DNA of 64,000 bases from positions 2,480,001 to 2,544,000 of the forward strand of contig CM007991.1 in the NCBI GenBank assembly GCA_002189035.1, written 5' to 3'. Under the pieces are notes generated by a model. It was not told the origin of the DNA, did no database searches, and worked only from the letters and a program-made list of their open reading frames with translations. Numbering within the stretch: position 1 is the first letter of the stretch; each line of letters begins with the position of its first letter. A program made the translations under genes and the position numbers. Positions 23,569-37,302 of this stretch are shown here, one piece after another. Source of the DNA: Utricularia gibba (taxonomy: Eukaryota; Plantae; Magnoliophyta).

Positions 23569-25337
23569 TCAAGTGGGGCGTGGATTGGGCTCCCTGTTTG
23601 GTGGCTTGCAATTTTGCTTCTCATATTCTTCATTCGACTCCTCCAAGGACTTAGAAACCTAATCATGCGACAGACTTCAATGTTCAGCCGCTGTTACTTC
23701 ATTCAAATGACGTATGAAAGAAAAGAAGAGAAGAGAACCTCAATGGAGTAGGCAAGAGGAAGCAATATGTCAGGGTTCATTGCATCCTCTGGAAAGTTTC
23801 TCAGGGCATGCATGAGTTTTTCAAAAGGCAGTCCCACCTGTTAGAGTTGAAATACAGCTATCAACGGTGATCCTGCAACGTTTTTGTGTGTAGGTCAGTG
23901 ATTGAAGAATTACCAGGTCGTCATGGCAATACTTGAGAACAGCTAAACCCACTTGGAAAACAATTTGGGCACCCTGGAGAAGAGAAACAGTTGCAACAAT
24001 CTAAAAGAATGAAAGTTATTTTGATGACAAAAAAGCAGACGAAGGGTAAGCATCTGACCTCATACAAAAACACATCCCAAATCCTGAGAGACAAATGGAA
24101 AGGAAAAGTGCATGAAAAAACGGTTATGAACCACTGGCTCGCGTACATGCTAGGATTTATCATTTCTTGAGCAAAATGAGAAGCCAGCCTAGGTAGCTGC
24201 TCCTTCACCAAAAAATCTAACTGAAAGAGATATCTCTTTACTAGAGGTAGTCCCTCCTGTATCAGAGACACAAGCTGTGTCACAAAAATTTCTAGTAATC
24301 ATTAGCACAGCATTCAAATATCAAGTTTTAGTGGCTTAATTCATCCAGAAGATCCAGGAAGAAATCTTTTATGTCTAGAAAAAGAAAGTAACCCAAGTAA
24401 TCCAGGAAAAATGGCAGAATTTGATGAATACCAAATACAATCCTTCCATTGGAAGGTGTACTGCTCCTTTCAACAATGCTACTAACAACCAGAAAGCATC
24501 CTCTTCACTCATGTAAAGTAGTAATAGCCCGGCCACGAATCCCATCCCCTGCAACAGCGGGTGGTTAAGAGAAAGAAGTAACAGTTCAGAAGGTAGCTAA
24601 ATAGGTGCAAGTTATAGAACCTGCACGTATCCTACATCTCTGTCAAACACAGAGTATGCTTTTAAAACGTTATAAAGGGACCTTTGTCCCAGGCCATGTC
24701 TCTGCTGGAAGAAAACATGAGAAGGAAATGTGCGAGAAATGTCCCGAATGATATCCAGTTCAGAAGCAGACGTCTCATACACCAAAAGTTGCTACAGGAA
24801 AACAAAAGCACATGATTGCATCAGAAAATGATATGCGGATAGAAAAAAAAAAAACAGACTGATTATCTCATGAAAATTAAATGTAAACTACTGTTTATGC
24901 CATAATGGATGATACTTGATCAGCGTGATCATCTGAATGAATGCAATTACCTCATAAACGCCTGGGTTAAGAAGCAAAAGATCCCGACTTCCCGATATCA
25001 GCTGCCAGACAATCCCTCTAAGACAATCAGGAATACCCTTCCTTATTCTCCTTTTAAAAACATGAGGTCTTCTCCTAACATAATGCTTCCAGTCACCACT
25101 TCCAACCCCTATCATTTTCCTCCATTTCCTGATCCTTCTTTCCTGCCTAAGATGGCATAATGAGAGAATGCATCCCAATGATCGTGGCGCGATTAGCAAA
25201 AAATGGCACCCAATTCAAGTGTACGATATGAACGCATGAGAAAAACCCAGTCAACGGACTTGGGCTTACACAATGGTATACCTCTTGGACTCAATTGCAG
25301 ATCTTGCCTTCGGAGAAGTTACACCATCATCAACCAT
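23569..25337 (-). CDS. TBC/Rab-GAP domain protein (EVI5-like)
   Basis: RRIRKWRKMIG, RKGIPDCLRGIVWQLISGS, IIRDISRTFPSH (R finger), GYVQGMGF (Q finger), MYASQWFITVF and RIWDVFL. The start at MVDDGV is inferred. Confidence 0.88.
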
Positions 25338-26030
25338 TGCCTTCCCTAGCCTAATTTTACCGAAACAATCAGGTAAAACTGAAAACAACCCAGATACAAC
25401 AGGAATCTTGGAAATCAAACAAACCCATTCCCCATAGCGATAATCTATAAACAACTTGAATTCGCTCACCTAAAATAACAACACAAAAACCCCAGGGCAG
25501 CGCACCAACTTTTCCGGTCCCCCAAACTTCGACTTCGATGTTTCTTCCTTTAAGCTCGAATCAACAAATGAGTAACTGTCTACAAATTTGATGATCATCG
25601 AGGATCACTTCACCTGCATTCCAATACTGCAGTAACATTTAAAAAAAAAAAAAAAACATTACTGCTGCGGTTTTTTCCCTTCCATCATTTCCAAGCCCGT
25701 TGGATCTGGTCAGGCCCAAAAACCAACTAACGGGTCGGGTCATTCGTCGGCCCAAATAACCAGAAAGCCAATCCAATAGACAAGTAATTTCGAGAAAATA
25801 AAAATTCCTTTAAAAAAAAGATCATATTTAATAGAAGACAAATAAGACGATGACACGTGTTACTATATAGCAACTAACGAAGAAGGAAATGAAGATTCGT
25901 TGAAACCCGGGAGGGACGAAATCTCTCGGTTCCCCTCTCTGGGTTTTCTTTCTCCTCTATCTTGTGCTCTTTGGTTTCCCGGCGTTTGTCGATCTGTAGC
26001 AAGATTGGAGAAGGGGAAAGTAGTTCGCCA

Positions 26031-28648
26031 ATGGATTCTTCCCGTTTCCTGGAGCCTAGTTCACCGGGTTCGTCGCCCAATTTCGCGTTCGCCTTCAACG
26101 ATGTTAATTTCTCCGACAGGATTTTGCGGATCGAGATTTTGCCTGACTTGCCCGGATCCAAGTCCGATACGGATACCAGTCTTCTTGATTGGGCGCGGAA
26201 TCGAAAGCGTCGTCGTGGTGACCAGCTTGGGAATTCCAATGGTACTTTGCCTTTTTCAAGTATTGGGCCATTTTCGTTTTTCTGGGTAGTGTCAGTGTCT
26301 GAATTAGATGTGGATGTGGCTTTTCTGTGTGCCTCTGTTATTGAATATCGTCATTTGTAGGCTTTAATGAAGATTTTTAGGGATTGGAGACTTTTGTAGA
26401 CCTTAAATTGTCTTCTTTCACGAATCTTAGTGAATTATGTTTTGGTCTTTTTCTTGTATTTATTTTCCCCTTTTTAACTTGTTTCATCAGTACGGCAAGG
26501 TCTTTTTTCTCTTTGCGTTCATAATGCAATTTTTTCCATCGTTTGTGTTTCCAAAATGTGAAGAAACTGCTGGACAGTGTGAAGAGCTGATTCTAAATTG
26601 CAATATACCAGACTTGGAAGATGATGTTGCTACTCATGAAAACCAGGAAGAGGAAGCTGTGGAGATGATTGATGAATCACCTCTAGATGCAGAAATCATA
26701 ACCAATCAATCTGGTATACTTATCATGAGACTGTTCGATTAACGTGGATTCTGAATAGAGTACAAGTTCTTCCTTTTGGAAATCTCTATAGCAATAATTA
26801 TTATGTGCCTGTTGATCTTGCAGTCCTTGAAGATGCCGAGTGCAGTGAAGCATCGTCTAGCATGGACTATTCACCAATAAGAATTAATAGTGTGCACATT
26901 AGCTCTCCAATTTTGGCAGCTAAAAGTCCATTTTTCTATAAGGTAATTTGCAATTGCATCTTCCTCCATTGTGAACTATGTTAAGGTATTTTTCTCTTTC
27001 AATTGTAGCTCTTTTCAAATGGGATGAAAGAATCAGAGCAGCGAGATGTAACTCTAAGAATCCATGCCTCCGGTAAGCATGTTGCCACATTCACGGTGAT
27101 AATTTTTGTCTCTTTAACGTTAACCATCTTGTTGTAAATTAAAACATTTTCCAAGGAAAATGAATTCTATGCAATAATTTCGTTGTAGGATGTGGTATCA
27201 TTCTGTAAGGCTATTAACTACTACATGACACACTAATTTTATCCACCTGGTGGATAAAGTTGGAATCAGCCATAAGTTACTTTGATTGAGCAGCATCTCT
27301 CACTTCTGCAACATAAATGTGTTTTCTCATCGATTTATGGTAGAAGAATAGAGAAATTTATGGTCCTTTTGGTTGTTCTTAGGTAGAAGAATACATCTGA
27401 AAGTAACTTGATCTCGTTTCTGACTGCAGAAGAAGCAGCTCTTATGGATTTGCTGAACTTTATGTACAGTAATACTTTGCCAAGAACTACACCAGTTGCC
27501 GTACTAGATGTGCTAATGGCTGCTGATAAATTTGAAGTGGCTTCGTGCATGAGATACTGTTGCCAGCTGTTACGCAACTTGCCTATGACTTGTGAGTCGG
27601 CTTTCCTTTACCTGGACCTTCCTTCGAGTATCTTAATGGCAGACACAGTTCAGCCGCTGATGGATGCTGCCAAAAGATTCCTTGCCGCACGCTTCAAGGA
27701 CATCAGCAAGTAAGCACCTCCCATTCAGCATTCAACCATTTTTTTTTTGTTGTCACAGTTGGTAGCCATGATGCATTGAAGCCTGTACTTGGGTCTCTGT
27801 TCACATAAGTGCCCTTCTCTGTTTGATTTTACCAGGTTTCAAGAAGAGCTGTTGAACTTACCGTTAGCTGGTATCGAGGCAGTTCTATCTACTGATGATT
27901 TGCAGGTTGCTTCAGAGGATGCCATTTATGACTTTGTGCTGAAGTGGGCAAAAATGCACTATCCAAAGCAAGAAGAGAGGCGAGAAATATTAAGCAGTCA
28001 CCTGCTCCGTCTTGTTCGTTTCCCATGCATGTCCTGCAGAAAGCTGAAAAAGGTCCTGGCTTGTAGTGACATTGATCCAGAACTCGCCTCAAAAATTGTT
28101 CTCGATGCACTTTTTTTCAAAGCTGAAGCTCCATACAGGCAGCGTTCCCTTCTCGCAGAGGAGTCTAACAGTTCATTGCGTCGGTTTGTCGAGAGAGCCT
28201 ACAAGTACCGACCCGTGAAGGTTGTAGACTTCGAGATCCCCCGACAAAGGTGCATTGTTTACCTTGATCTGAAAAGGGAGGAGTGTACCCAACTGTTCCC
28301 ACAGGCAGAATATACTCCCAGGCATTTCACCTTGGTGGGCAAGGTTTCTTCTTATCTGGCCACTGCAACATGGATCAGCAGAGCTCCTTCCATTGCTTTG
28401 GGCTTTTTCTGGGAATGCAGGAGAAGGGTTTGGTGGCCTTCACAGTCGACTATGAGTTTGCATCGAGAGTGAAACCGTCTGAGGATTTTGTATGCAAATA
28501 CAAAGGAAACTACACCTTCACCGGAGGAAAGGCTGTTGGATACCGCAACCTCTTTGGCGTTCCCTGGACCGCTTTCATAGCCAACGAAAGCCCCTACTTC
28601 ATCAATGGTTGCGTCCATCTAAGGGCAGAGCTCACTATCAGAAAATGA
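26031..28648 (+). CDS. POB1: BTB-BACK protein POB1/LRB family, with a 1-nt frameshift at 28298-28300
   Basis: [108 protein letters not shown] and HLRAELTI. Confidence 0.92.
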
Positions 28649-29250
28649 TCCGTAACTTGCTCCATCAGCTCAGCCTAAGTCCTACTCTATCGCAGTGCAG
28701 TACTGTAATCTTAAAGATGTGCCAACACTAAACCCGGGACCTCAGAAGACTCAGGAGTTGCGGACAAAGGAGAAGACGAGCCAGCCTTTCACATCTCTGG
28801 TTTTTGTTGCAGTTTGGAAAGTCGAAAACTTGGGATGTGTTATGTTTTTCGTTGTGTCGTGTGTATTCTGTCAAGTCTCTGAGTGTACGAGGTTCCAAAA
28901 CCTACCATCAAATCATAACCCCGTTGCACGGACAAGTTCAGCTACTTTGAGGAGGTTGCATAGATTTCAGTCGTGTCTGACGGTTGACCCGGACTATGCC
29001 CCGAGTGTGCGTGCCAATTATGGGATCCCTTCAGTCGACTTATCGGAAAAATTGGATCTTTGTTTTCGCACCCTCCACGTTGCTTCCGTCGCTTGGATTA
29101 TACTGTTTGTATGGGGCAGTTGGATCATTGAAGAATTGATCGTACGTTTGCTGTTTTGTGTTTCCTGGGCTTGGATTATGAATGAAATTGGTCGTGTTTG
29201 AAGAATCTTGAGCCAGCTTCGGAGTTCTGGGTTCACGGGGAGTTACCAGG

Positions 29251-30630
29251 ATGTTTTCTTCTGATAGATCTAAGCCGTGTCCTAGTTCGGACGTAGTTAC
29301 CATCAATGTTGGAGGGGAGATTTTTCAGACCACCAAGCAGACGCTTTCTTTGGCTGGTTCGGAATCCCTCTTCTTCAAGATCGCGAGCTCCAATGGAGAT
29401 GTCCCGTTTATTGACAGGGACCCTGAAGTTTTTTCAATCCTTCTTTCTCTTCTCAGGACTGGAAATCTCCCTTCAAAAGCCAGGGCCCTTGACATTCATG
29501 ACTTGATTTTCGAGGCCCGATATTACGGCATTGAGAATCTTGTGATGAATTGTATTGCCAATTCTTCACAATTCGACGCTTTTAACCTTGAGAAATCAAT
29601 GATTTTGCCTCTGAATGGGCGAGATTTGCCCACAGCCATGTCCACTGCCTCCTGCGGTTCGCTTCATGTTGCTCATGGGAGCAAATTAGCATCTTTTGAT
29701 TGGTCATTAAGCAGAAAGTCTACCATATTGACGCAGTTCACAGCTATTGATTCACTCCTTGCTTTATCTTCTTCAAGTGTAGCTGCAGGGGCTACGGATT
29801 TTTCAGGGTTACAGATCCTTGATCCTGAAAAGGGTTCAGTTCGGGAGACTCTGAACTGGGACAACGTCACTAAATCTGGTTCCACAGTGCAAGCCATTGG
29901 GGCCTCACCGGAGTATCTCTTTACGAGCTTTGAGTCGAGTCGAAGAAATTCAAACTGCATCATGGTTTATGACCTCAACAACAGTCTAAATGTGGTGACC
30001 ATGATTGGCCACAATGAAATATTTGGAGCTGATATTGGTTCTGCCATTCCAGCCACAAAACTTCAGTGGCTCCCATCTCACAATCTGTTGATGGCCTCGG
30101 GTTCTCACAGTAGTCTATCTGGGGTATCAGGGAGGATTCAGTTTTGGGATATAAGATCAAGCAATGTTGTTTTGGAAACCAGTGAAAAAGATGACTGCTT
30201 TGCTGATATCACATTTGTAGATCCACTTTCAGCTGTGTTTAAAGTTGGTGTGAATTCAGGTGAAGTTTACTACGCTGACTTGAGAAGTATGAACGATGAT
30301 ATATCATGGGTTTGTCTTGGTGAAGAAAAAAGGAATGTCAGTGGGAAGAAAGGAGGAGTTGGATCCAGAATCAAAGGTCATGGAAGCCATGTTCTCTGCA
30401 GCAAGGGAGCTACTCTAGAGCTCTGGTCCGAAGTTTTGATGAATGATGAAGTCACGCCTAGTGACAGGGTCTTGCGGAAGAACTCTGTGGGTCATTCCCG
30501 AGACAGAGATGGAAAAAGCATCACTGATTTCATATTTGGAGGAGGGAAAATGTTCTTAACAAGGAAAGATCAGCAGCACGTTGAAGTTTGGACTTCTGGT
30601 AATGTTTTTCAACGCAGGATTACTCTTTAA
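29251..30630 (+). CDS. BTB/POZ (KCTD-type) protein with WD40-like C-terminus, At3g09030-like; intronless
   Basis: VVTINVGGEIFQTTKQTL, FIDRDPEVFSILLSLLRTGNLP, EARYYGIE, SSQFDAFNLEKS and ESSRRNSNCIMVYD in a 459-aa ORF. Confidence 0.9.
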   Translation: MFSSDRSKPCPSSDVVTINVGGEIFQTTKQTLSLAGSESLFFKIASSNGDVPFIDRDPEVFSILLSLLRTGNLPSKARALDIHDLIFEARYYGIENLVMNCIANSSQFDAFNLEKSMILPLNGRDLPTAMSTASCGSLHVAHGSKLASFDWSLSRKSTILTQFTAIDSLLALSSSSVAAGATDFSGLQILDPEKGSVRETLNWDNVTKSGSTVQAIGASPEYLFTSFESSRRNSNCIMVYDLNNSLNVVTMIGHNEIFGADIGSAIPATKLQWLPSHNLLMASGSHSSLSGVSGRIQFWDIRSSNVVLETSEKDDCFADITFVDPLSAVFKVGVNSGEVYYADLRSMNDDISWVCLGEEKRNVSGKKGGVGSRIKGHGSHVLCSKGATLELWSEVLMNDEVTPSDRVLRKNSVGHSRDRDGKSITDFIFGGGKMFLTRKDQQHVEVWTSGNVFQRRITL

Positions 30631-30855
30631 GTTGTACAACTATGTTGGCTTTTTTGTCTGTCCATTGTACGTGCAATATTTGGAAATATAGTAGATGACA
30701 GATTTTGGATCTTGATACAGATACTTGCTCCAAAAACTCTTTGGAGCAGAGGAACTTATTTCATACATGAAAAGATACATTGCACATAGTCCCTGCAATC
30801 TTACATGGTTCTTAAACCTAGAACACAAACTAGGATGGACATTTTTGTCTTGATT

Positions 30856-31969
30856 TTAGTCTCTGGATTTGAAGGGGATGGCCCTGATCACAATCTCGTG
30901 GTATATTGCAGCAAGACCAGCTCCAATGAAGGGTCCAACCCAGAAGATCCACTGGAAAGAATGAGATAATTAACATCAGAGGTTTGATTCCCTAACAATG
31001 CATACGAGGTTGTGGTAGGAGGTAGGAGGTTACCATATTATGCCATCCGGAGTATCTGTTGTAAATGATAGCAGCTCCGATGCTACGAGCAGGGTTGATG
31101 CTGGTTCCATCTATCGGAATCGTTGCCAGATGAACTAGAAAAACTGCGAATCCGATCGGAAGAGGAGCCAAAATCTGGTGAACAACAAGTTAGTTAGCTC
31201 AGCAAATACAACAAAACTTTTGTTGAGAATGGTGTAGTTAGTAATGAGATCGGATCACTTACAGGGACATGTGAATCCCTGGCGTTTCGCTTCGCATCAG
31301 TTGCGGAGAAGACGGTGTAGACAAGCACGAAAGTGCCAAGAATCTCAGCACCGAGAGCATCACCCTTTGTGAATCCAGGGCTCACCATGTTAGCTCCACC
31401 GTTGAGATTTTCGTACGGGATTGGCTGGAATCCTTTCACGACCCCGGCTCCGGCGATGGCTCCGAGACACTGCATGACCATGTAGAATAAAGCCCTGGTC
31501 AGGGACAGCTTCCTCGCTAGAAACAACCCGAAAGTCACAGCCGGATTAATATGCCCACCTGATTCAAAAAAGAAGAAGAAGTCAGTTATTTCATCAGTCA
31601 CTGCAAAACTGTGAAGAGTAGGACATCGAAGAACTGACCGGAGATGCCGGCGGTGCAATACACGAGCGCAAAGATCATCCCACCAAAAGCCCAAGCAATC
31701 CCTTGAATCCCAACAGAGGCACACTTGGAGGGTGCTCTGTTAACTCCCATGACAGTTAAGATGGTGATATACAGGAACAAGAAAGAAGCCATGAACTCAG
31801 CAATCCCAGCTCTGTAGAAGGACCAGGAACCAAGCTCTTCCGGCTCGAACAGAGGAGCCGGGGGTGGTTCCCTGTAGTCCTTGTCCGTCTGAGCCGCTGT
31901 ACCCAGAGGCTGCCTCTCCCTGAACTTGGTGGCTCCAAGAGCAACATCTTCTTCCTTGCACTCCGCCAT
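30856..31969 (-). CDS. PIP1: plasma-membrane aquaporin PIP1 (divergent loop E), 4 exons
   Basis: KEEDV...[31 protein letters not shown]|[31 protein letters not shown] and [10 protein letters not shown]...AIPFKSRD*. Confidence 0.95.
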
Positions 31970-33110
31970 TTCCCTCAGAACTCGCTTGCTCGACTCAAGG
32001 GCGTGCGTTGCTTTATAGGCGTGGCCCCCCGGTGGTTTTCCATGTTAGAAAAACAGAGGGTCGGTGGCAGGACAAGATGCAAAGTCATCGTCCCTACACA
32101 ATCTGCTTTGGTGTCCGTTCACTTTTTACTAAACCAACTAATCCCAAGTACCTAACCAGTTACCAATGTCTCAAATTTTGTTCCCCAAATGCAATGAATA
32201 CGGTCCCTTTACACACAGCTTTCATGTCCATTTTATCATATGTAATTACAAAATTCATTCAGCATTTCTTTGATAGATAATCAATTTGATGGAAAATAAT
32301 ATTTGATCATAAATTACAATAAATACAAACTCATTCAGTTGAATTTAATTCTAAAATTCATAATTTCCTTAATGCTTAAAGGTGAAAATATTCATTTCCA
32401 TTTAAAGTAGTTGACTATGTTTAGGGGAAGTGAGTGGTGGTTGGGTTGGTTCTTTGCCACGCGGAGTAGGAGATAATAACACTAATTTTGATTTAATGTT
32501 TTTTTTCTAAGGGAGGTGTACACGTGTCTTCTGTTGGCCTACGCATCATTTGAGTTAATGATGTGATTGGTAATTAATTAATCATAATTATCATCTTCAA
32601 ATACCCATCATGTTGTGGTGAGTCATCATTAAGAAATTACCGACCAGGCTGAATTTCTTCTGTCTTGCTTGGCCGACCAATTTGCGAATATTATTTAAAT
32701 AATACCTGGATTGTTTTTTCCTTTTTTTGAAATAGTGGTGTTGACGTCATTTTTTATATTGGGCTTGAAATTTCGGATCCAAGATGAGTCCGTAACAATT
32801 TGGGTCCGGTTCGGGTTGGGTCGGGCACCCGCGGTGAAGCCGAAGCTGGTTAACAATCCCCCACCCCCCGCGAGAGAGGAGATCCTGGACGACTGCTTAC
32901 GATTGTATGTATCACTGTTTTGGTGATCGAAATTGAGGCCTGATTCCCAGGGCGTTCGTCGTTATCTAATTCCTTTTCCTTGACGGCGCTCTTGCACCAT
33001 ATTTATATTTTTTTCTTTATTGTTTTGGTTTTTGTTGTGTATACCGTCGTCCATCGCCGGATTGTTTGGATTTTCGGTGTTCGATTTTCTGGATCAGTGA
33101 GGACCGGTGG

Positions 33111-35547
33111 ATGGGTTTTACGGTAAGGGAGAAGCACATCCGGCCTAATAGGAGGACACGATTGCCGAAACCGGAATCGGATGAGTCCACTACAATCAAA
33201 ACATACCATGTAGACAAATTGGCTGTTTCCAGATTGGGGAACAGATCGAATTTTTATGAGACGGCTCTTAGTGCGTCGAATGAGGATCGGGAGAATGGGT
33301 CTAACTCAAGTTCTGTTTTTGATGAAAGTGGGTGGGGCTATTGCACGGAGGAACAGTTGGAGGAAATTTTGTTAAAGAACTTGGAGTTCTTATATAAGGA
33401 GGCTATTAATAAACTTATGGGTTTGGGGTATAGTGAAGAGGTGGCTCTGAAAGCTATCTTGAGTAGCGGAAATTGTTTTGGAGGGATGGATATTTTGACT
33501 AATATTCTGCATAACTGCTTGGCTTATTTAAATGGCTCTGGGGTTACTGATGGCGGGTGTAATCAAGTTCCTGAACTTGAGGAGCCTGCATTTTCTGATT
33601 TGAGGCAGCTGGAGGAGTATTCTCTTACAGGTATGATTTGTTTGTTGCAGCAAGTTAAACCTCATTTGAGTAAGGGTGATGCTATGTGGTGTTTATTGAT
33701 GAGTGATCTACATGTTGCCCGGGCTAGCATGATGGAGGTACCACTTCTTCCCTCACCAACTACTCCCAATAGCAATACCACGGTCGCTAGCAGTTCGAGT
33801 TCGGAGGGGCTTGGAAACAATGGAGGGCCAGTTGGGCTAACCCCGGCACTATGTAAGTTTCATGGTGGATGGGGCTTTGGTAGTGGTGTTTCATCAGAAT
33901 TTCCAGTCAACGGGCTTCTTCCGTGTGCATCCGATATGGCTCTGCACAGGGAGATAGAGTTTCCAAAAAGGCTTGATCTGAGTCCATCAATGAAAACTCT
34001 GTTGAAGCAGAATGTTGCTATGTTTGCAGCTGGTTTCAGAGCAAACTCAAAGCAGTTCAACTGGAAATCTCATTCTTGCTTAAATCCCTTAAATGATTCG
34101 GAATCATCCAGTGGATGTCCAGCTGCAACAGTTGATTTTGAAGATGGACAAAGTGAGGATCTCCAGTATTCTAAGAATCAAGATGTGGTGAACGCTGTGA
34201 TGAACAAGTTCCAGGATTTGAATCTTGATGAGAACAAGGAACATGTGTCCTTAGATCAGAAAGACCAAATGATCCTAACATTGGTCAATCAGATCAAGGA
34301 TTTGGAAAACAAAGTCAAGGAACAGAAAGCATGGGCGCATCAAAAGGCAATGCAGGCTGCGAGAAAGCTGAGTCATGATTTGACTGAACTCAAGACGTTG
34401 AGAATGGAGAGAGAGGAAACACACTTGATGAATAAAGGGAAGGACGTCCTTGAAGATACTACCATCAAGCAACTCTCTGAAATGGAGAATAATTTCAGGA
34501 AAGCGAGTGGTCAGGTGGATCGTGCAAATGCTGCTGCTAGAAAACTTGAGATCGAGAATGCAGAGATTAAGGCAGAGATGGAGGCATCAAAGTTAAGTGC
34601 CTCTGAATCATTGAAAATCTTCATGGAAATTTCTAAAAGGGAGAAGAAATCTCGCAAGAAGCTAATGGCGATTGAAAAGCAGAAAATTAAGATGCAAGAA
34701 GATGTCTCAGATGTAAAGCAGAAGATATTAGCTTTGCAAAAGGAGCTGAATCAGGTAGAGTCCGCCACAAAGGATGCTGAGGTATGCTCAAATCCTAGTA
34801 GGGGATACTTGTTTGTTTCTTGAAGCTAGAGTACCCTTTAGACTATTTGTCTTTCTGCCTCTGGTGGTTGAATTGTAAGTGACAACACCTTGACGTCATG
34901 CCTGTCTGCAATCAAGAACGTGTAGGGGAAATTTCATTTCCTTATGTTGTTTCCTTGTTTCTTATAACGCCTCTGGTATTTTGTGCTCTTTGATTAACGT
35001 TTGAAAGCAATAACCTTGTTTCTTCCACTGCAAGGCTAAATTGAAGAATGAGCAGAAAGCCAAGGAATCAGCTTTTGAACAGCTGGAGGAGGAGCGACGC
35101 CTTAAAGAAGCTTCAGAGCTGAATAACAAAAGAAAGCTCGAGGCCTTGCGTCAAAAGATCGAGATAGATTTCCAGAGACACAAGGATGATGTTCAGCGGC
35201 TCGAGCAAGAATACGAGAGGCTTAAAGAGTCTGTACAATGCATGGCTGCCACCAAAGAGCCAGACACTAACTGCCATTCGGGGAAGAAGCTCAGCAACGA
35301 AAGCCCTGAAGTAGCAGCACCAGCATCTCCAGAAAAGATGAGCAGTAGCAGCAGCAGCAGCATCTGTGACAGGGAATGCATGGTTTGCAAGAAAGATGAA
35401 GTTTCTGTAGTGTTTCTGCCTTGTCGCCATCAGGTAATCTGTGGCAACTGCAATGAGAATCACGCAAAGAAAGGCAAGGCTGCACTATGTCCCTGCTGCA
35501 GGGTTCCTATCGAGAAAAGAATTAGAGTTTATGGCGCCAGCTTGTAG
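33111..35547 (+). CDS. MIP1: MND1-interacting protein 1 / PIR-family RING E3 ligase, 2 exons
   Basis: MGFTVREKHIRPNRR, GWGYCTEEQLEEILLKNL, GDAMWCLLMSD, WAHQKAMQAARKL, coiled coil, and C-terminal RING CMVCKKDEVSVVFLPCRHQVIC...CPCCRVPI. Intron 34782-35034. Confidence 0.88.
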
Positions 35548-35894
35548 CCAAACCAAGAACGCCATACTCTGCTCTCTTCTGCTTCGTTTGCTCAGTCCTC
35601 TGGTAAGGACTTTTCTTGAGTCGACTGTTTACTTGTTCTGATGTGATATGCTTCCTGTGCTATTCACAAACCTGAGATGGACACTATCACCACAGAATAT
35701 GAATAATGAGTCGTCCGAGTTATCCATATTTCAAGCATATGTGATCTTATTGTAATAGCACACCGATGGTAATAAGATCATGACACATCCAAGCATATGT
35801 AATGATGCCATTTGCCAAAATGAGTTCTTTCTCAAACATTATTATCAACTGATTCTCTGTTGGAATACTTTTAACCTTGCAAAGATACGCACTT

Positions 35895-37302
35895 TCATAT
35901 CTTGGACTGTAAAGCAGCACCTTTGTTTGAAGGCAAAGAAGCTGCCCTCTCCGCTTGCATCCTGAGTTTCTGTTTGACCTTGAAAAGAATAGAATGCACT
36001 TCATCGAAATGAGGCGCCGTTGCAATCCTTACATCGTTGAGCCATGCCAGAACCCGTTTGGGAGTGCCGATTTCTATTGGTTCTCTGTCTTTCTCATTCA
36101 CAACCTGTAACACAAGGGAGATGGGGCTACAAGTCAGTCGATTTGAAAACTCTAATGAAGCAACCATCTTTCTTTTACCTCGAGTTGCATTAACTCACAA
36201 GCCAAACTGAGATCAGCAATTGAAGGTTGTGAGCTTCCAACCAGGAATCGCCCACTCCCCTTTAGCCACACGGATTCAAGGTTTCCAAGAGAACTTATGA
36301 GAATTTTCTTATCTTCAGCTGCTGCTGCTGGGTTTAAAGGCCTCCCAAGTGCAGGTGCAAGTGTAGTATTGAGTACATACGAAACTGGATGATGGAAAAA
36401 CATGTAATCAGGATTCACCGGAAATAGTGTGATTGGATAGGACCTTATACGAAAAATACCTGTTCCAAAGCGCAAGTTTGAGTGATGCCAGTCTAAAACC
36501 GAGTGAACTTTTGCCCGCTTTAGAGGGTCAGCTGGATACCTGAAGTCAGTTCACATAAGATGAAGACTCTTTTGCATTTCACTGTGCAAGTAAGTTCATG
36601 GCAAGGAACAAATCATCACGAAAACATTCCTATCTTGATTTACACTATTCCCAAGTCTTGTAACCATGTACAATGGCGTTAAGGTTTAGAAATTGGGAAC
36701 AGAAACCGCAACTTGAAGAACATGATCTCAACTTGGTTAAATTCAAAAGGAAGTGAAGGGAATGAAACGCACCAATGATCTGCAACTCCAGGAAACACAG
36801 AAGCCAAATAGATCAGAATGGCATGACTGCAAGAAAACCCGTTCAAGTAATGATTAGATAGACAGCGGAATCTCTAAGAACGTGGAGGCCAATAGCTGTA
36901 TCTGCCACTATAGAGTAAAGGGAGGATGCGCTGTCCTACCTCTCGAAAAGCTTGAACCTTCCATCCACAAGCGCAGGCACCTTACTCAGGGGATTTATTT
37001 CTGTGGCCCATCAAAAAACCCCCGTCACCGACTAGCAATCCAGATACGAATTAACACTTGGGGTTACCTCGAAATTCAGAGGTGAGATGTTGGCGCTTAG
37101 AAATATCGATTTTCACCTCCTCAAAGTCGATCCCATTCAATCTTCACAACCCAGATACAATCATTGGCCTTATAATCGCCACACAGATTGCTGTAAAAAG
37201 ATAAGAGCTTTGATTCACATGCTAAAGAGAGTTTTACTTGCAGAAGATGATAACTGCTCGAGAGGGCTGAGACATGCGATCAGCGAAAATCTTGAGCGCC
37301 AT
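35895..37302 (-). CDS. GSTT1: glutathione S-transferase theta, peroxisomal (C-terminal SKI)
   Basis: MALKIFADRMSQPSRAVIIFC, INPLSKVPAL, FESHAILIYL, VLDWHHSNLR, SIADLSLACE, PHFDEVH and PTS1-like SKI*. Confidence 0.93.

Noticed and set aside
2614-35547. A reproductive gene cluster (CNGC16-like, HAP2, ZF, MIP1)
   Set aside because: The genes are interspersed with housekeeping genes, and expression cannot be seen from sequence. Only the HAP2/ZF pair has a direct cis-element argument.
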